From Trichoplax adhaerens (Eukaryota > Animalia > Placozoa): DNA of 64,000 nt. The stretch's first letter is position 1, and each line of letters starts with the position of its first letter. The notes under the pieces were generated by a model. It was not told where the DNA came from. It did not search any database and worked only from the letters and a program-made list of their open reading frames with translations. The stretch is from assembly GCF_000150275.1 (NCBI RefSeq), contig NW_002060949.1:1919836-1983835 (forward strand), read 5' to 3'. Made by a program: the position numbers and the translations under genes. Of the stretch, positions 15,911 through 28,918 are shown piece by piece.

Positions 15911-16848
15911 TTCACGATAATATACAAATCTTCCTAACTATTTCCACTAATGGATACGTTTATACGTCAGGTAAAATCACTACATTATATTACTGAAGAA
16001 ACTTGTGGAAATCTATAAGTGAACGACAGAAATGCTCACAGTTGGATATTTATTACTCGTACTCCAAATCTATCCGGATTCATATCTATCAACCGATGGA
16101 AAATCAATTATAGCTACCAATTAAGTCTGCTTAATTACTCTAGATCAGCATAAAAGTGATGGCATCAAGATAATAAACTCTTTATTACTGACAATAAAGT
16201 ACTAGTGCTATATTGTAAATTGCATACCACATTGACAATTAACAAAATATTATTATTTTAGTAGTGTAGAAAGTGTGCCTAGTATAACTTTTAATATCGT
16301 CTTAAGAGAGCATAGCTGGATTTAACAATATGTTTAAACATACATCAAAACAATAACGGTTTGTTATTCTCTGCTTATATCTAAACCTATTGACAATAAC
16401 AAAGATGCATTATCTTCTATACAGGAATATCTTGTTGTACAGCTGAATATATTGGTAAGAAAAAGTTCGAAATTTGTACCAAATATGATAAAATTTCCTA
16501 GTTTATATTGGAAATCTCTCATATACAGCATCCAACAGAGAAATTAATTGCGGTCTGCTTACAAATACGACGTGATGAATGGGAATTAATTGTGAGCTTA
16601 AAATGTTGTGCTTTCTATTCGTGTTCCATAGTGCTTTACTGCAGACAGGATAACAGTTTCTCTAGTATACGATGATCGAGCTAATATTTACAGTAGTTAC
16701 GCGTGATAGATTCTTGCCAAAAAACTAGGCTGGAACGTTTCCTAATATTACCATTCTCTAGAATTTACCTTAGGCTTTTCATTTAAAATCTCCCAGGAAG
16801 CTCAAAAATGATTAGACCAAGCGTCCAGATCGGAAACTTATGAAACAC

Positions 16849-16962
16849 TACGGCGTCTTTAATTTCGTTTAGATACTTTAACTGGGAAAAAATATAAGTA
16901 AAATTAACGTACGTATACAGTAGTTTCTACCAATTTTTACCAAAATATCTGATACGAAAATA
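16849..16962 (+). repeat. Dispersed repeat copy 1 (also at 57945-58082)
   Basis: tacggcgtct..aatttcgtt....atactttaactgg.aaaaa.....aacgtacg.ataca.tagtt.ctacc...aaaatatc..atac.aaaata is shared with 57945-58082. Confidence 0.8.
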
Positions 16963-18439
16963 CTATACTTTTGCTTCTGTACCTTGTCTATCGGAGCCGA
17001 CTTTACTGATGTCATGGATTACTCCTTATTGTGGAATCTGTTCGTTTAGAACAAGAGTTACAGCCCTGTGTTTTACTATTCAAATGCTATTATTTATTGT
17101 ATTTATGGACAGTAAAATTACAGGACTTATAGCCTATACCTCTAGCTTTGTATCGCATGATGTTTATTCCACTATTTATTCTATTTCTATCACATGACAT
17201 GATGTAGCAAAATGTTAAAATGGATACAGCTATAAAAGTGTGTTATCAACTGTCTTCCCTATAGCGTATCTACTTTTAATGACTCTCTATATGATTATTA
17301 ATAGCCGAAAATATTTCACTTGGAGTGTTACAGTAATATGATACCCAGATCGCATGTTTTTATATGCTGATGTTGATCTATAGTACAATGCTACGATTAG
17401 ATGGTATACCATTCCACCAGAGCCGCGTGCTTGCATAAGATAGCTGCAATTACTGGCACCTATACGGACGCAGTGGTTAGACAATCTTGTCTGCTGTCTA
17501 AAAAAATAAAGAGGGCGTCATAATGTTTACTTAATCCAGCCTAATACAGTATATAAATCGCTTACCAACGAATAGATGCCAAGGTCTATTAGAGTGTGAA
17601 GTAGAAGTTGTTCTAGTGGTTGGCTTCTCTTTTTCCTTTCTGCCATTGACTACGACGGAAAAAGGTAAACCTTGTAGCATTTGTTCTAGTTTCAGCTTGA
17701 AAGCTGTAATTTATTTTCCTTGCGATGTGGGTGGTAGAAATGTAAACAGTTGTATCTTGGAGGCGTCAAAGCGGCTTAAAAAGCTTTCAACTAAAATCAT
17801 ATGTCTCTTAAGCGAAGGCGTATTCTGATAAAATTGGAAAAAGGTCTTATTGGCAGTGCAAGCAAACCATCTAGTTAAAATATTGAATTGACAAAAACAG
17901 TCAGCTTATCTAATCTGTTTCAGTGAAGATAATATTCACACCAAGATAAATTTGAAATGCGCTTATTGAATATGCAAGTATGGAAGAAATTAAGATGTTG
18001 AAATCGCAAAAAATAATCGAATTCGTTTAGCCTGTTGAAAAAATAGTGTTAAGATTCAGATGAGTTTAAAAGCTCCAATGGATACCTACTTTGTAAGCAA
18101 CAATGTTGTCAACATATTAAATTAGTTGGATGATAGCACTAAGGTATAGATGGAATTGAAGTCTCAGTCGTCACACTACAAACAATTCTACTGTAAAACA
18201 CTGAAAGGTTTAAACTAACCAAGTAAATTATCTATAAAAACGATCGCATTAATTTAACAAGCTTTGAACTAAAATTGAACGATAAGGTAGTTTGGGCTAA
18301 GAGGTAACTAACGTAGTATTCGGTACAGTAACAAAGGATGGCATTTATAATGCAATGTGCATTTATTTGAATTTTAACCGTATTGATCATATCAGCTGGA
18401 TAGTGAGGCAATTAAAGCCTATTAAATCATTCCTTGTGT

Positions 18440-19395
18440 GGGCAGTTACCGTGATCTAAGATTATTGACTTCCGATTGTTGTGTTACTTTATTGCGGTAT
18501 ATTAGAGCGGATTTCTGTTTTTTCCATACAGCAAGTAGACCAAAGTTAAAATTATATGCTTTGTTAAACGTATACATCCGCTCGTGATGTAGTATTATTT
18601 ATTGTGGATTTACTTTCCTGCTACTCTAGTCAATTTTGTTTTTACGTACTTCTCCCAGTATAGCATTATTTATCTTATGCTTACTTAATCATATGCCAGC
18701 AAATTAGTCCGCTACCCAAGTCAATCTTACTTTTTTTATTTATCTCACATTTACTTACACATTTGCAAACGAATTAGTTCTTATTTTTCGGCTACTCTGG
18801 TTTATCTTATGTTGTGTATCTCCTCCATTTATCACGAAATTATCTTACACTTACTCATCAGTAAGTAATTAATTCTTAGGTAGTCGCCGTGATCTAATAT
18901 TTTTGACTGCAGATTGTAGTGTTACTTTATGCTATTGCAGTATATTAGAGCAGATTTCTGCTTATTCATGCGGCAAGTACCTTAAGCAAAACCAGAGTTA
19001 AATTAATTGCTTTGTTTTATAATTCAATATATGATAAGTAACACTATAGCAAGAGCAGATGTACATAAAACAAAGCAAGCAATTTAACTCTGGTCTTACC
19101 ATAGTGCTACTTATCATATATTTACGTTCTCGTATTATTCTTTACTTCCCAGCTGCCCTAGTTAATCTTATTTTTACGTATTTCTCCCAGCATAGCTTAT
19201 TTATCTTACACTTACTTAATCATATGCTGGTAAATCAATCTTATTTTTTTTATTCATATCGCATTTACTTATTTACACATATGCAAACGAATTAATTTTT
19301 ACTTTCCATCTACTCTAGTTTATCTTATTTCGTGTATTCTCCATGTCCCACCATAACTATCTTGCGCTTATTCATAGATAAGCGACTAAATTCTT
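18440..19395. repeat. Tandem duplication (units about 18440-18877 and 18878-19395); second unit carries an internal inverted rearrangement
   Basis: Shared blocks ccgtgatctaa, gtgttacttta, gtatattagagc.gatttctg, tttttacgta.ttctcccag.atagc, cttacttaatcatatgc, tgcaaacgaatta, ctactct.gtttatcttat. Confidence 0.9.
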
Positions 19396-19844
19396 TTCCA
19401 TATCTCCATGCTATCTAGCCAGATGATAATAATATAAGGTAATTTTTTAAAGACATGCCACAATCCTTATTTTATTACAATAGGGACTGATATAGGAAGG
19501 TTTTCTATCAATTTACCTTACTGTCCTTTAGCTACTTTATAAACTATTTTCTTGTCAAGTGAGTTATAACTAGTTGGCCACTTTCTACGAAAATTTCGCC
19601 AGAGATTATAGGTTCAAAGTAGATACTATTATGTCGGTTTATGCAAATGTTTACCTACTTACAGTGTATGTGCATACATCGAGGCATGCTTAATGGATTA
19701 AATTCATTGGATTCTATCGCAAATTATCAAATGACAAGCTCTATCTACATTCATTCCTAAAATAAGAACAACCTATATCTAGTAATTAATCTCTCCGATT
19801 TATCCGCGATCACGAGCATAGGTTAAAGTAGAAACTTTATTAAA

Positions 19845-20030
19845 CACAATTAACCGTCGTGCAACAGGTTGCTGCTATGGAGCCTTGGCTATATAGCCAT
19901 TATTAATTAGTAGATCAAGTTGATACTATTAACATTAAATACAATTAGCAATCATGCAATAGGTTGCTACTATGTAGCATTGGCTATATTGGCATCATTA
20001 GTTGGTGGATTAAGTAAACGCTATTAGTAG
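19845..20030. repeat. Tandem duplication, period about 96 bp
   Basis: tgcaacaggttgctgctatggagccttggctatat recurs as tgcaataggttgctactatgtagcattggctatat. Confidence 0.8.
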
Positions 20031-22925
20031 ACAATGTATTACTTAAGTAGGAGTATAATGATTGTAGTTACACCTCGCATTCTGTCCTTTATTATGACAA
20101 TTGGAAGTAAATTATATTAAATGCTTAATGGACCCCATAAGGACGTAAGGATAATGATATTATGAACTACTCCCAGTTTTCATCATTAAATTGTTCATTC
20201 ATGGGTATAAAAATTTTTCCAATTATAAACTCAGTTCTACATGGATACAAATATGAACTCGATAACCAATTAACTTTAAGGACTAGTAAAATTATTTTTC
20301 ACTGTTTATATAATACACACAATTTAGACTTGTGCTATCCCAACTATGGTAAATGAATATTCTTTGTATTATCCTCATAACATTCTTTTAGCGAAAATTA
20401 TTTACGCACTATGTAAAATATCTCATATAAAGAGAGTGGGTGTTTTAGGAATATTTTCTCTATATCTGACGGTATTAACTTAATAACATACATATCATCA
20501 TAAGTGCAAAATTTTCCTATAAAAAACTTCAATAACAATATATAAATGACACTATCAAAGCTTTCCCGTAAAATAATTTTTACGAATAGTAAAGCTTTAT
20601 TGGTCGCAATTGAACTAGCTTAGCATAATAACGGAGTAAAGTTAGAAAACGATAAGATTTGATAATGTTCTTTGATTTGTATATTCAACTACGATCGATT
20701 TGGGTATCAATTTGGTAGCAGAAGTGGTACAGAATACGTGAAAATGTCTGTTACTACTCATGCTATGTGATTCTTTACGCTACACAAATCTCTCTAGTAG
20801 CTATAAGCGTTGGAAGTAACGGGAAAAGTTGTCTTGGCAATTTTATTATACCTACTGTATACATAGTGTACATCGGTTGGATAACGAAGCTGTGGCAAAG
20901 CAGTCATACTTGTCATAGCCATACTAGATATTAGACTGTAATAACTGTGATTGAATTCTTCTATATAATACCGCAACTGGATTATGAATTCTAATTATCA
21001 AGAGCTATTGTATTAAACCATAATTTTATGTGCTCCTTCAGTTAAAATCATAATAAATTGAAGATCATCTTATTCAGTATTCAAATCACCTTGGTCGACA
21101 AGAAACGAACGTAAACAATTGTAAAATTTCCTACAATCTTATTCCTTTAATACAGTAACTAGTTTCCTATGTTAAGGGATCATAGTATGCTAGCGTTTGT
21201 AGTATTCACAGTATAGCGATCAAACGCTTAAGTTAATATCGTGGAAAATGAGTATTCATAATTAATTAGTAGGCGAAATGTTTGAATAGCATACTACTAA
21301 TGAAAAAATTAAGAGTAGGATACTATTATTACCGAAGGATGTTCAGTATCCATTACATGGATATCAATATACTTTCCTATAAAGTACATTACTACTACCA
21401 ATAATCGACGTAAATCACTTATCCTTATTTAATAGATTGATGTTATTGCAATAATTAGACATACTATTGATCATCATCTTTATTCTATTTTTAACAGCAT
21501 TAAATATATGTACGTAGGATATTCTTGCATCCACCCACTTCTATATTATGATTTATGACTGATTCAAAATGTTGTGTAGCACTGCATATTATTGAAGCAA
21601 TGTAAGAAAATAATATTTTCTAAAATGACAATGGGATAACATCATCGTTGATAGGGTAATAATGACGATAGAGTTCCAGAGAAATTGCTCTATTTCCATT
21701 GGGCGTAAAAGGTATACCCAATTTGTATCATTTATATTATTTTGAACCTGGACGACTTTGTATTGATGTAAAATGAAAATTTGGTTTGGTCCTATTTCTG
21801 TCTCGGTCAATATGTCAAACAGACAGTTGAGGGCATAAATAATTTAGGATGATGAAAGAATGCCTAAACTTTTATTAATTCTCTGTTTATTATTTCAAAT
21901 TTCAAATTACTCTTTGTCAATCGCATTATTGATCATAAAAGGTTCAGGAGATAAATAATAATGTAACCGAAAAGAGCCATTCTATGCCATATTATTTGTT
22001 TTTACCTTATAAGATAGCTGAAGTTGATGTTGATGAGCAATTAATTGCCATTCTGTATCCTGAAATACATCTGATTAATTTCAATAATACAATTAGAGTA
22101 TGCCATCCATTTTATTTGTCACAAGTAATCGAAAACATTTCGTACAAAGTTGATAACAAACTTGTAGTAATCTCAATATCAAAATGCCAATAGAAGGCTA
22201 CTAATGCGTATATCATAGGAATAATGTCTATACCTCCTTTTTTTAGTAATTTAAGTTATAGCCAACTAAACATAAATTTACTCTCTATTTGACACTTACG
22301 AGTACTTACGTCATATGTACGAAACGCCACTTATTTTGAATCGAAAAGTTTTATAAATACATTATTGATCTAGGTGACAGTGCGTGAAGGTATTTTGAAT
22401 AGTGAAGAAAAGATAAAACAGGAATCAAGATCGATATTATAATCAATAAAATGAAAGATAAACATATTCTAAAGTAAAGAGACACATTGGAACAATATTA
22501 GAAAGCAGTTATTCATATTGATATTTATTATAATAGGGGTCTAACGATCAATAAAACTTTGTTTTCCTTACATTCTTCTAGTACTATCTAAGATAGAATA
22601 GTTTCTATACTTCGATTTATGCAAATTTTACTCTAAAAATATCTTCAAAATATCCTTTATCCGATTGTTTGCGCTAAATTGGTGTTCTTTCCTCCATTTA
22701 TTCATCTATGTAACCAAGAATAGGATATATTACAATTGTCTATCAGAACATATTAATATTACGTAAAGTTAGATCGCCTCTAGTGGTATTAAAGCCATCG
22801 TATTAGGCGAATACAATTCAGAAAGTGAAAAATTGATACCCCTATTATCACAAGTCCACTAGCCATTTTTCGACCATCAATTTGTCACTATTTCTCCGTA
22901 AGAAATTCCATACATCCAACCCAAT

Positions 22926-23744
22926 ATGGCTCTATCATCGATCGATATAGCACAGTGCAGGAATAAAGGTGAACATAAACAATTATGCAAGAAATTAAGT
23001 GATATTGAAAAGCAAGAGCATTTAAAATCTCGACAATTACTCAAGGATCATCAAGATTTGAAGTTCCAATTGATGAGGATGAAATCAAGCAGCTCCATCA
23101 GTAGAAGTGCAAGTGCAAATAATGTTCGCTTACCAAAATTACCTCATACATCAAGTAATGGCCAAATTAATTTAAGTAGTAAGGCAACACCAACATCATC
23201 CCCTCAACATAGTCCTATGCTTCGTAGGAAGAATATAATTGGCCAAGTCAATGAAGCTAGGAGGCCGGATGCTCCAGCTCCTAATCCAATGAGTCCGTCA
23301 GTAAGAAGACGTGTATTCTTATCCGAACAAAACCGGGCCAGCTCAGAAAGTGATTTATTCAACATGAAAAGGAAAAAAGATCCAGGATTGATTAGTATGA
23401 AAGAGTTAGCTATGAAATTGAATAAATCTTATAGCAAAGATAGTCGGTTATTAGATACGGATAAAGCCTATGAACAGTTAATAACTGATTTAGACAGATT
23501 ACGAAACGATGATCGAGATGAAAAGTCAAAAGATTTGAATACGAGAGGATCAGCCTCAACGCTTTACAGCACGGATGACGATGATAATTCTTCCTATGGA
23601 GAAGGATTGAATGAGGTATTAGATCAACCGCGCAAGTTAGGTCCTCTGGCTAAAACTTACGTTAATTCGCCTATACTGCAAAGGAAACTGCACCTAGTAG
23701 CAGATTGCAAAACCTCATTAAATTCAGATGTTAGGTCAAGTTGA
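22926..23744 (+). CDS. Single-exon 272-aa protein: N-terminal coiled coil plus SP/RR-motif-rich disordered region (paralog of 11631-12662)
   Basis: ATG-initiated 272-codon ORF. IAQCRNKGEHKQLCKKLSDIEKQ...DLKFQLMRMK aligns with IANRRNKNENQILVRKLQRLEKE...EVRFQMLKLK of the upstream paralog. Confidence 0.82.
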   Translation: MALSSIDIAQCRNKGEHKQLCKKLSDIEKQEHLKSRQLLKDHQDLKFQLMRMKSSSSISRSASANNVRLPKLPHTSSNGQINLSSKATPTSSPQHSPMLRRKNIIGQVNEARRPDAPAPNPMSPSVRRRVFLSEQNRASSESDLFNMKRKKDPGLISMKELAMKLNKSYSKDSRLLDTDKAYEQLITDLDRLRNDDRDEKSKDLNTRGSASTLYSTDDDDNSSYGEGLNEVLDQPRKLGPLAKTYVNSPILQRKLHLVADCKTSLNSDVRSS

Positions 23745-26700
23745 ACAATTAAGGTTATTATATGAATGATTCGTTCGATAAAAACTTGTATTGTAGGTTA
23801 GGATAATGTTATCAATTGGGTGGGTATTAACAAATCAATATGATCAAATTTGGATAATTGGGTAACTTCATAGATAGCTGACTTTCTAATAATCATATCT
23901 CTCGACTAATTTAGTATGTATGAAAGGCTACTTGTCAATACGACAGATTTTCATTATCGTCATATCACAGTCTAATGGTTGCAATTGTTACCACAAAGTG
24001 TAATGTATACTATTCATACCGCTATTTGTAAACTAGGTGTCTACCCTTTAGTAGAGTAAAATTAATCACTAATCATTAAATCATTATCATGATTTCATTA
24101 CTTGAAGCAACATTTGTTTATAAAATGTTCCTATAATATTAGTAACTGCTGAAATTTTAATTAAAGAAACCTTTCACATTGTTATTGAAAGTTGCGTGAC
24201 ACATTTTTGCAGAATAGAATTAACAACCAATCATTCATTCATTGATTAACCTAGTAACTAGTATATTTATTGGTTGATTATTCATCATTATAAGTAGGAA
24301 AATTATGAAGATTATTGTCGATATTCACTGCCTCTCTTGAAGATTGGCATAGCATCTTAAATTTATTTTCATTTTTCTTCTCACATACCTTATTACAAAT
24401 TTATTATCAATGGCAAACACTACGATTATAACTAAATAATGTAATATTTGTACCTGTAGGTAATTTTAGAGTCCATTCTTTCCTTCAATATTAATTAACC
24501 TGTTATGATGTCATCATTTTCATATAAAAAATAGTGTAATACAGTATATTATCTTAAATAATCTGGATAAAAATAATATTATTTCGCTAAAGTTAGATAG
24601 CTGTTGTATCATCATCATTTAAGGTATCATTAAAGTCACGTAAGGATATTACGATATCCTGTATACTTTCTCAATGTCAGAATAAAAAAATTTTCAAAAT
24701 TCTCGCCGTGTAGCATCAATCGTAACTGGACTAGTGGGAACTTCCTTAAAAGTAAAAAATAGTTGTAATGTAAATTATCCGTAGTTATGAAGCGTTATTA
24801 ATAAGATAATCCCGAAATCCTTCCATATCAAGAGCTACTACCGTATTAACATTTACCCTGTTTCGCTTCAAATGTCTTCTTAAAGTACTCGTATAGTTAT
24901 GGACTATCATGCTTGAAATCCTTTCTAAACGCTACTAAATATTCTTAGCTGCCACAATGGCTGCATATCGATACTTTAATGAACTTATAAATTAAAATTA
25001 AAAATATTGGCTTTGATACAGTAACTTATTACATATATATAAAGAGAGATATAGACAGTGATTAGCAATCTATAAAAATTAAAATAGAACTATAGCATAA
25101 CACGCCACTTTTTATCTGAATGGCACAATTTTTAATAGTAATTGACTAAAGCTGGCTCCTTATTACAAAATTTTGTATCAATATTTCAAATAAATTGATG
25201 CAGTAACTTAAATTAAGACATTATTAGAGTTTCTGCTGCTAATCTTATTATCCATCGTCCTATCTTACAGATTGCTACTAGGTTCTATTTTGATGCTAAA
25301 ATCGTCACAACAAACATCCCATAGAATAGATCAAGTTCAATAATTTACTACAATCTATTATCATATCATATTATCTAACGAAAGCGTTAAGAAAACAAGC
25401 ACACATAGCTGAAGGGAATTAGCAACCCTTTCTATGACGCATCTACAGAAACTTAATTGAGCATCACTGTATTATGCTCCACTTTGAATAGTGTGTTATG
25501 AAATTTCAATGCAGTCAAATTTCAAGTCTAGTTTGCTCTATTTATACTTCCGAATGGTATGAGCATGAACTTAGATAGTCAAATATTATTCCGTCTTGCA
25601 ACTTTGTTTTCATAAAATAATGGTACCTTTGTCTCTCTCTTTAATCGTCCGTAATGGTTTAAAATGATAATCCAGTCAATTGAGGATTATAAATAATAGG
25701 ACATTATTGTAATCCTGTTCATTTAGTTATTAATGATAAACAATCAAGCATCCTACGTCAAAATGTAGCTAAGATACTTTCAATAGGGTGTTTCTAGAGA
25801 AGGAAATGGTATAAAAATATAATACAAGAGACTTTACGATTCTTTTTAAATGGAGTAAACATTCCTAATATAAAGATTACTAACAAATACTTTTCATTGC
25901 CTTAGAGTTGTATAATATTTGACATTTATTTCTGCTGCTGAGACAGTTCTGTGCAATATCTAAAAGTTTAGAAATCAATATACTTCAATAACAGCATATA
26001 ATAGGGTACAGTCTATGATTCAAAGTTATTAGCGTTGAATATCACAACTGTTTTTCTAATATCGTTTTAGTAATGCTAGCAATACAGAAGTATAGCATAA
26101 ATGACTTTATGATTATCTTATATAATAGGTAGTAAGCATTCTAACCAGATATCGTTGTGGTATATTTAGTATATTTAGTACTGTACCATCTTTAGTAAGT
26201 GTCATGATATTAAAAAGCAAAATTGACTATGCGATTAGTTTATGCTATCTAGGCGTTCCTTGTATGAAGCCAAATAACAAAAAAGTGAGTCAATAAATCA
26301 ATCGTATTAATAAACGACAATATTTGATACTTTCATAATATCGTTTAAATATTTATGAAACTTGGATAAGCCTGGGACTAAGGATTACTTAAATAACGCG
26401 GTAAAATAAATGATTTTACAAGTCAATATTACTATGAAGTTCAGATAAATTTGAAAACATAGGTTACTAGGTAAAAATTGGATAGATATAATAGTTAGTA
26501 CGAATATAGAAAAATTACCATTTATACCCATATTTAGATGAATCTGGGAAAAGGGGATTACTAAACTAATGCTTATAAAATATACTAACTTAATAGGATA
26601 AAATTATTAGTAATCTAATTATACAAATATGCTAATTAAAATTATTAATAGGCAATAAGGCTATATGTAGATGGAATTAATCCCGTTATAAAATTTGTGA

Positions 26701-26975
26701 ATATATATCATTCAATATAAAGGCTTTAGTTATTATTAATACAAAGAGTTTTGTAGATTATATATACAGTGAAAGTCTATATCACAACTTATAAACTCTG
26801 CTAATGGTGATACGATATTTTCTCTCTATCAAATGAACGGCATTCTATAGTTGAAACTTGGTAAGATTTTTGATCTTATTTCTTTGGATATCAATATAAT
26901 ACTTATATTTACATTCGTTATTTCAAACAATTAAGAAAGTAATGGAAATTGGTATTTGATAATGATTATTTACAG

Positions 26976-28918
26976 TCACGATTTTGGATCTAAGTTCGAT
27001 ATAACTTGCTTTACTATTTCACGGTCTGCAAGCATATTCGTACCAGTAAATATGCGGCCAAATCCTGGAATTATAAATCCAGTAAGAACTTGCATAAATG
27101 CCTCTACAAAATCTAAGATAGCAAAAGATAGAAAGCTCTTTTGCTAGTATTTTTGTTCTATTACGAACAGTAATGCATAGTTATGGGATTATATTTCATT
27201 CCGCTTCGCTAGTTATAACTGTTAATTTACTGCTTTAATAATTTCATACTGCTAATATTAACAACTGCAAAGAGTCTCTATGGTAACAGTTTTCTTGAGT
27301 ATTGATCTATCATTACTTTAAAGTATAAATGTATTGACTGCAAAATTTAAATAAACCATCAATAATGATACAAGACACGTATGGTATATAGCTTACGTCC
27401 CTAACTTAAGAAAAAGCCACTTGCTTTGCTTTTAGAGTCGTCGTCGTACATCTATTAGAATTGAAGCTGTATATTCATGCACAAAAAATTATGCAGTATC
27501 TATTATGGAATATCTTTGCTAGAAGGGATTATAGCAAATATATGCTATGGAATTGTAAACTATTTTTAAATTGTCAAGCGGAGTAGAAGTCGTCTCATTC
27601 ATAATGCTAAAGGTACGACTCTACTTCTATTATACAGTATATTAGCATCATATAGATGATCATATAAAATCTCGTCGGGATACCATTCCTTAATATCTAA
27701 TTACAATAATTAAAAAATATCTTTAAATAAATAAGTTACTTAAGACGGCTATAAGATGACGAAGCGAAGAGAAGTAATTGAGTAATTTAACAAATTTGTC
27801 GCACTTATTTTATTTTCAATAAAAATGTTAATGTAGTTAATGGTAATTCTGTATCTAATATCTTATCTAGAGCTTAGTTTCGTCAAGTGATTTATAAAAA
27901 TATTTGATAAATATAATCTGAAAGAAAATACTATCCATATTACTAACAATCTGCGTCAACACATATACATAATTCCCTGGTTACCGTTATTTGCTATATA
28001 ATTGTCAATCAGCGGCAATGAGCAAAATATTTATTAACAGAAAGCAATAATCTACTACGTTGATATAGCGTAAAAATTATTCCTCGTATTTTAATCAAAT
28101 TTGTAGATAGTGAAGAAAGGGCATTTTGATGATTAGTCTCCTCATATTGTCTGATAGAACTCAACAATTGTAGTAACTTGGGTACTTAATACAATATACT
28201 GTACTAATACCTATCTCCCTATCTAAAATTTTTTTCTACTGCATCTTGTTAGAAAATTTCTGTATACAATATACCTAAGCGCCATACTCTAAGTGGACTT
28301 AGATATTGCGATATAAAGAGAACAGTTAACTATTTTATAGACATATACACTCATATAAATTGCTTTATTGCCACATTAGCTTCGCAAAATAGAAGAAAAA
28401 TATCACAAAATTGATAAATGAAGCTTCTCTGACAATGTAATTATTGGTCAAATCAGAATGCTGATTAATTGACCTGAAGAAGTATGATGGTACGCAATAT
28501 GGGTACCTATTTAACTCCAAGCTTGAAATGGCTTTCGAATATAAATACGATCTATTTCACATATTTAGTAGAATGTAAGTTCTTTAGCCTACTCAATATT
28601 GAAATTGTTTTAATTACCATATCGCACTGACTAATTAATTTATAATTATTCAGTGCTTTATTAATCGTCAACTTAGAGATTTTGAAGAAATTTAGTTCAT
28701 ATTCATGTATATTTCGTAGAAGAATGTGCTACTGATGACAGGACAACATTAGAATAAATCTAATTATTCTACAAAATTTATAAGATATTTCTTTCCACTT
28801 AATACCCTGGTAGACCTCATAGGAATAAATGGAGATAATTGACGTCAATGAAGCAGCGTAAAGCCATTTAAACACTATAGGGGGTCCGTTGATGATATTA
28901 CTTGATAGTATTGATATC
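26976..28918 (-). other. Candidate spliced small gene or lncRNA (exon-like segments 28918-28806 and 27112-26976)
   Basis: Both segments follow AG acceptors, the first ends at a GT donor, and the phases join to give ISILSSNIINGPPIVFKWLYAASLTSIISIYSYEVYQ/DFVEAFMQVLTGFIIPGFGRIFTGTNMLADREIVKQVISNLDPKS*. No family recognised; start exon uncertain. Confidence 0.3.
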
